This document shows, piece by piece, positions 26,751 to 29,226 of a DNA stretch of 29,226 bases. The position numbers were made by a program, and so were the translations under genes. The DNA is from an uncultured Rhodobacterales bacterium (GTDB taxonomy: Bacteria; Pseudomonadota; Alphaproteobacteria; Rhodobacterales; Rhodobacteraceae), in assembly GCA_964459535.1 (NCBI GenBank), contig CAYWNJ010000001.1, positions 1-29,226 of the forward strand, in the 5' to 3' direction. Below the pieces are notes generated by a model that saw only the letters and a list, made by a program, of their open reading frames with translations, was not told the origin of the DNA and did not search any database. How positions within the stretch are numbered: position 1 is the first letter of the stretch; every line of letters starts with the position of its first letter.

Positions 26751-27329
26751 ATGGCACGAACGATGGGTTCACATTCCGACATAACCGGCCCGCGTGTGCG
26801 CGCGGCGGCGCTTCGGTTATTTGCGGATGCAGGCTATGCGGCGGTTTCTATGCGGCAGATCGCGTCGGCCGTTGGCGTTCAGGCCGGGGCGCTTTACAAT
26901 TACATACCTGACAAGCAGTCGCTGCTTTTCGAACTTATGCGCACCCATATGGCAGAGCTTTTATCGGCGCTCCCCGAACGCAGCGGCGCTGTTGAGGCAG
27001 ACCTCGAAGCATTTGTGCGCTTTCACATCTCGTTTCATCATGCGCGGCCCGAGGCGGTCTTTATCGCTTATATGGAGTTGCGCAGCCTTGAGCCGGAAAA
27101 TTTCAAACATATCGAAAAGATGAGGAAGACTTATGAGGACCATCTTGAAGAGATCTTACGAGATGGGGTGGAAACAGGCGGTTTCATGGTCCGAGACCCT
27201 AAGATCACGGCGATGGCGGTTATCGCCATGCTTACCGGGGTCAATACCTGGTTTCGCGACAAAGGTCGGCTGAGCCTGGCGCAGGTACAGGATATTTATT
27301 GGGCGATGGTGCGGCGCGCGGTTGGATGA
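26751..27329 (+). CDS. TetR/AcrR-family transcriptional regulator
   Basis: HTH segment AALRLFADAGYAAVSMRQIASAVGVQAGALYNYIPDKQSLL. The start is placed at MARTMGSHS. Confidence 0.92.
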   Translation: MARTMGSHSDITGPRVRAAALRLFADAGYAAVSMRQIASAVGVQAGALYNYIPDKQSLLFELMRTHMAELLSALPERSGAVEADLEAFVRFHISFHHARPEAVFIAYMELRSLEPENFKHIEKMRKTYEDHLEEILRDGVETGGFMVRDPKITAMAVIAMLTGVNTWFRDKGRLSLAQVQDIYWAMVRRAVG

Positions 27330-27346
27330 CGCTGCACATAATAAAA

Positions 27347-27507
27347 CCTGACGACTGAACTTTGATCTTGTATCCGCTTAGACCCCAGCCATCCGTAGGA
27401 TGGCAACGCGCCGACCGCCCCCACGGGCGGCGCGTACCGCGCCACCCTCGGTCGGCTTGAGCAAAGCGGAAACGATTAAAGATTGATATCAAAATTGAGT
27501 CGTCAGG
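27347..27507. repeat. Second, unrelated MITE/REP-like element (161 bp)
   Basis: 20-bp terminal inverted repeats CCTGACGACTGAACTTTGAT vs CCTGACGACTCAATTTTGAT match 18/20. Nested inner IRs and a GC hairpin CCGCCC-CCAC-GGGCGG. It sits between convergent genes. Confidence 0.7.
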
Positions 27508-27551
27508 CTATATGTTCAGGGCGATCTCCCTTAGGTTCAAGGCCAGGCGCT

Positions 27552-28283
27552 CTAATCCGCCGCTGCCCAGGTTGGCGGCAGAATATGCGGCGGCGCTTTA
27601 AGCAAAATCCGGCGTGAGTGCGAGGCAAACTCGCGCCGCGCAATCACCGCGCAGGTAAAGCCCGTCGCAATCAGCAGCGCCAGCGGCCCGATTAGCCACG
27701 CCACGGTTGCCAGCGCGAAGTAAACGGCGCGCAGGCCGCGATTAAAGGCCCGCGCGGCAGTGATGTTGATCTCTGCCGCTTGCGCCGCGCGCGGCGCACA
27801 GAGCGCATCATCCCGGTCATTCGGAACCGCCGCCATCAGAACCGAGGCATAACCAAAGAGCCGATTGGACCACACAAACTTCAAAAACGCGCTCGTCAAA
27901 AAGAGCGCAACAAACACCAGCTTGATCTCCCAGACAAAGGCCGGATCTGCGATCAGCAACAGCTCGCCCGCTATCCCCGTCAGCGCATCCGCATTCGTCA
28001 TCAGCGCGAGCGTGCCGCCAAGGGTCAGCATTGAGGTCGAGGCGAAAAAGGCCGTGCCTTGCCGCAAGCTGCCCACGATTTGCGCATCGAAAACCCGCAC
28101 CTCGCGGGTAATCAGTTGCTGCATCCACGCGCGCCGAAAGTCAGCCATAAGTTGCGACATCGACGGCCACCGTGCGGGCGCGTTCTCGATGATCCAGCTC
28201 AGCAACGCCCAGCTGCCCACCGCCAGCGAAATTGCAACGTAGTCCAGCAGCGCAAAATGAGAAAGCCGATCCATCCAAGTCAT
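27552..28283 (-). CDS. DUF599-like membrane protein
   Basis: 243 aa from MTWMDRLSHF, with R.RWM...REVRVFDAQIVGSLRQGTAFFASTS and FNRGLRAVYF. Several TM segments. Confidence 0.82.
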   Translation of the reverse strand: MTWMDRLSHFALLDYVAISLAVGSWALLSWIIENAPARWPSMSQLMADFRRAWMQQLITREVRVFDAQIVGSLRQGTAFFASTSMLTLGGTLALMTNADALTGIAGELLLIADPAFVWEIKLVFVALFLTSAFLKFVWSNRLFGYASVLMAAVPNDRDDALCAPRAAQAAEINITAARAFNRGLRAVYFALATVAWLIGPLALLIATGFTCAVIARREFASHSRRILLKAPPHILPPTWAAAD

Positions 28284-28326
28284 ACCGGCCTGATAGGCGA
28301 AGATCTGAGCACTTGCCAGGGCGAAA

Positions 28327-28351
28327 AATTGGTAATATAAACTTACCAATT
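28327..28351. promoter_or_regulatory. Putative GntR/FadR-family (GlcC-like) operator
   Basis: Perfect 9-bp inverted repeat AATTGGTAA-N7-TTACCAATT, abutting the glcD RBS. Confidence 0.6.
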
Positions 28352-28362
28352 GGAGATTGCCT

Positions 28363-29226
28363 ATGGAAATGCCCCACCCCAGCGCTGAAATTATCGCGCG
28401 CAAAGCTGCCCTTGTGAAACGTTTGGAGGCGGTCTTGCCCCCCGGCGCTGTGATCAGCGACAGCAATGAGACCCGCGCCTATGAATGCGACGCGCTCACG
28501 GCGTATAAGTGCCCGCCGCTTGCCGCTGTCTTGCCCAGCACAACCGAAGAGGTGGCGGCGGTTCTGCGCATTTGCCACGAAGAGCAAGTACCCGTCGTGC
28601 CGCGCGGCTCGGGCACCTCGCTGGCAGGCGGGGCCTTACCCACGGCCGATTGCGTCATCCTTGGGGTGGCGCGCATGAATGCCGTGCTGGAAACGAACTT
28701 CGCCGACCGCTATGTGCGCGTGCAGTCCGGGCGCACAAACCTCAGCGTGACCGGCGCGGTTGAGGGGGATGGGTTCTTTTACGCCCCCGACCCCTCCTCG
28801 CAGCTGGCCTGCGCGATTGCCGGGAATATCGCCATGAATTCAGGCGGCGCGCATTGCCTGAAATATGGCGTGACCACGAACAACCTGCTGGGCGTTACAA
28901 TGGTGACGATGGAGGGTCGCGTGGTCGAGCTGGGCGGCGCTTATATGGATGCAAGCGGGCTGGACCTTTTGGGGCTGGTCTGCGGCTCTGAAGGGCAGCT
29001 TGGCGTCGTGACCGAGGCGGTCTTGCGCATTCTGCCCAAACCCGAGGGCGCGCGCCCCGTGCTGATCGGCTTTGACGATGCAGAGATCGCGGGCGCTTGC
29101 GTGTCGGACATTATAAAAGCGGGCGTTCTGCCCGTCGCCATCGAGTTTATGGACCGCCTGTGCATCCAAGCTTGCGAAAACTTTGCCAAAGCGGGCTATC
29201 CCGATTGCGCCGCCCTGCTGATCGTC
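28363..29226 (+). CDS. glcD: Glycolate oxidase FAD-linked subunit GlcD (runs off the window end)
   Basis: Absent from the ORF track because there is no stop in the window. Manual translation gives MEMPHP...YECDALTAYKCPP...PRGSGTSLAGGA...PDPSSQLACAIAGNIAMNSGGAHCLKYGVT. GGAG RBS upstream. Confidence 0.9.
   Translation, partial: MEMPHPSAEIIARKAALVKRLEAVLPPGAVISDSNETRAYECDALTAYKCPPLAAVLPSTTEEVAAVLRICHEEQVPVVPRGSGTSLAGGALPTADCVILGVARMNAVLETNFADRYVRVQSGRTNLSVTGAVEGDGFFYAPDPSSQLACAIAGNIAMNSGGAHCLKYGVTTNNLLGVTMVTMEGRVVELGGAYMDASGLDLLGLVCGSEGQLGVVTEAVLRILPKPEGARPVLIGFDDAEIAGACVSDIIKAGVLPVAIEFMDRLCIQACENFAKAGYPDCAALLIV

Overview
The window looks like a Rhodobacteraceae (roseobacter-like) locus; this is inferred from the gene families, not from a database search. 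It has two parts. (1) Bases ~1-25130 form a self-contained plasmid-like unit. It has a replication/partition module (parB, parA, AT-rich tract, three 22-bp-spaced iterons, DnaA box, RepA/RPA-family initiator). It also has an ABC-transporter-dependent capsule locus: four glycosyltransferases, three sulfotransferase-fold proteins, manC, fcl, gmd and kpsM/kpsE/kpsT. A 531-bp mini-IS66 and a shattered rmlA follow. (2) Bases 25131-29226 hold ordinary chromosomal-type genes: DUF6280-like, efp, a lipoprotein, a TetR regulator, DUF599-like and a partial glcD. The plasmid-like unit is bracketed by two direct copies of a ~100-bp TA-flanked MITE-like element (87/90 identical over the visible overlap). 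Joining the two ends and removing the MITE rebuilds a normal-looking RmlA C-terminus (...YGAYL + KGLLPG-stop). This indicates the 25,043-bp unit was, or is, a circle. It is either a capsule plasmid integrated without an integrase by recombination between MITE copies, or a free plasmid mis-joined to the chromosome by the assembler. This window alone cannot distinguish the two.
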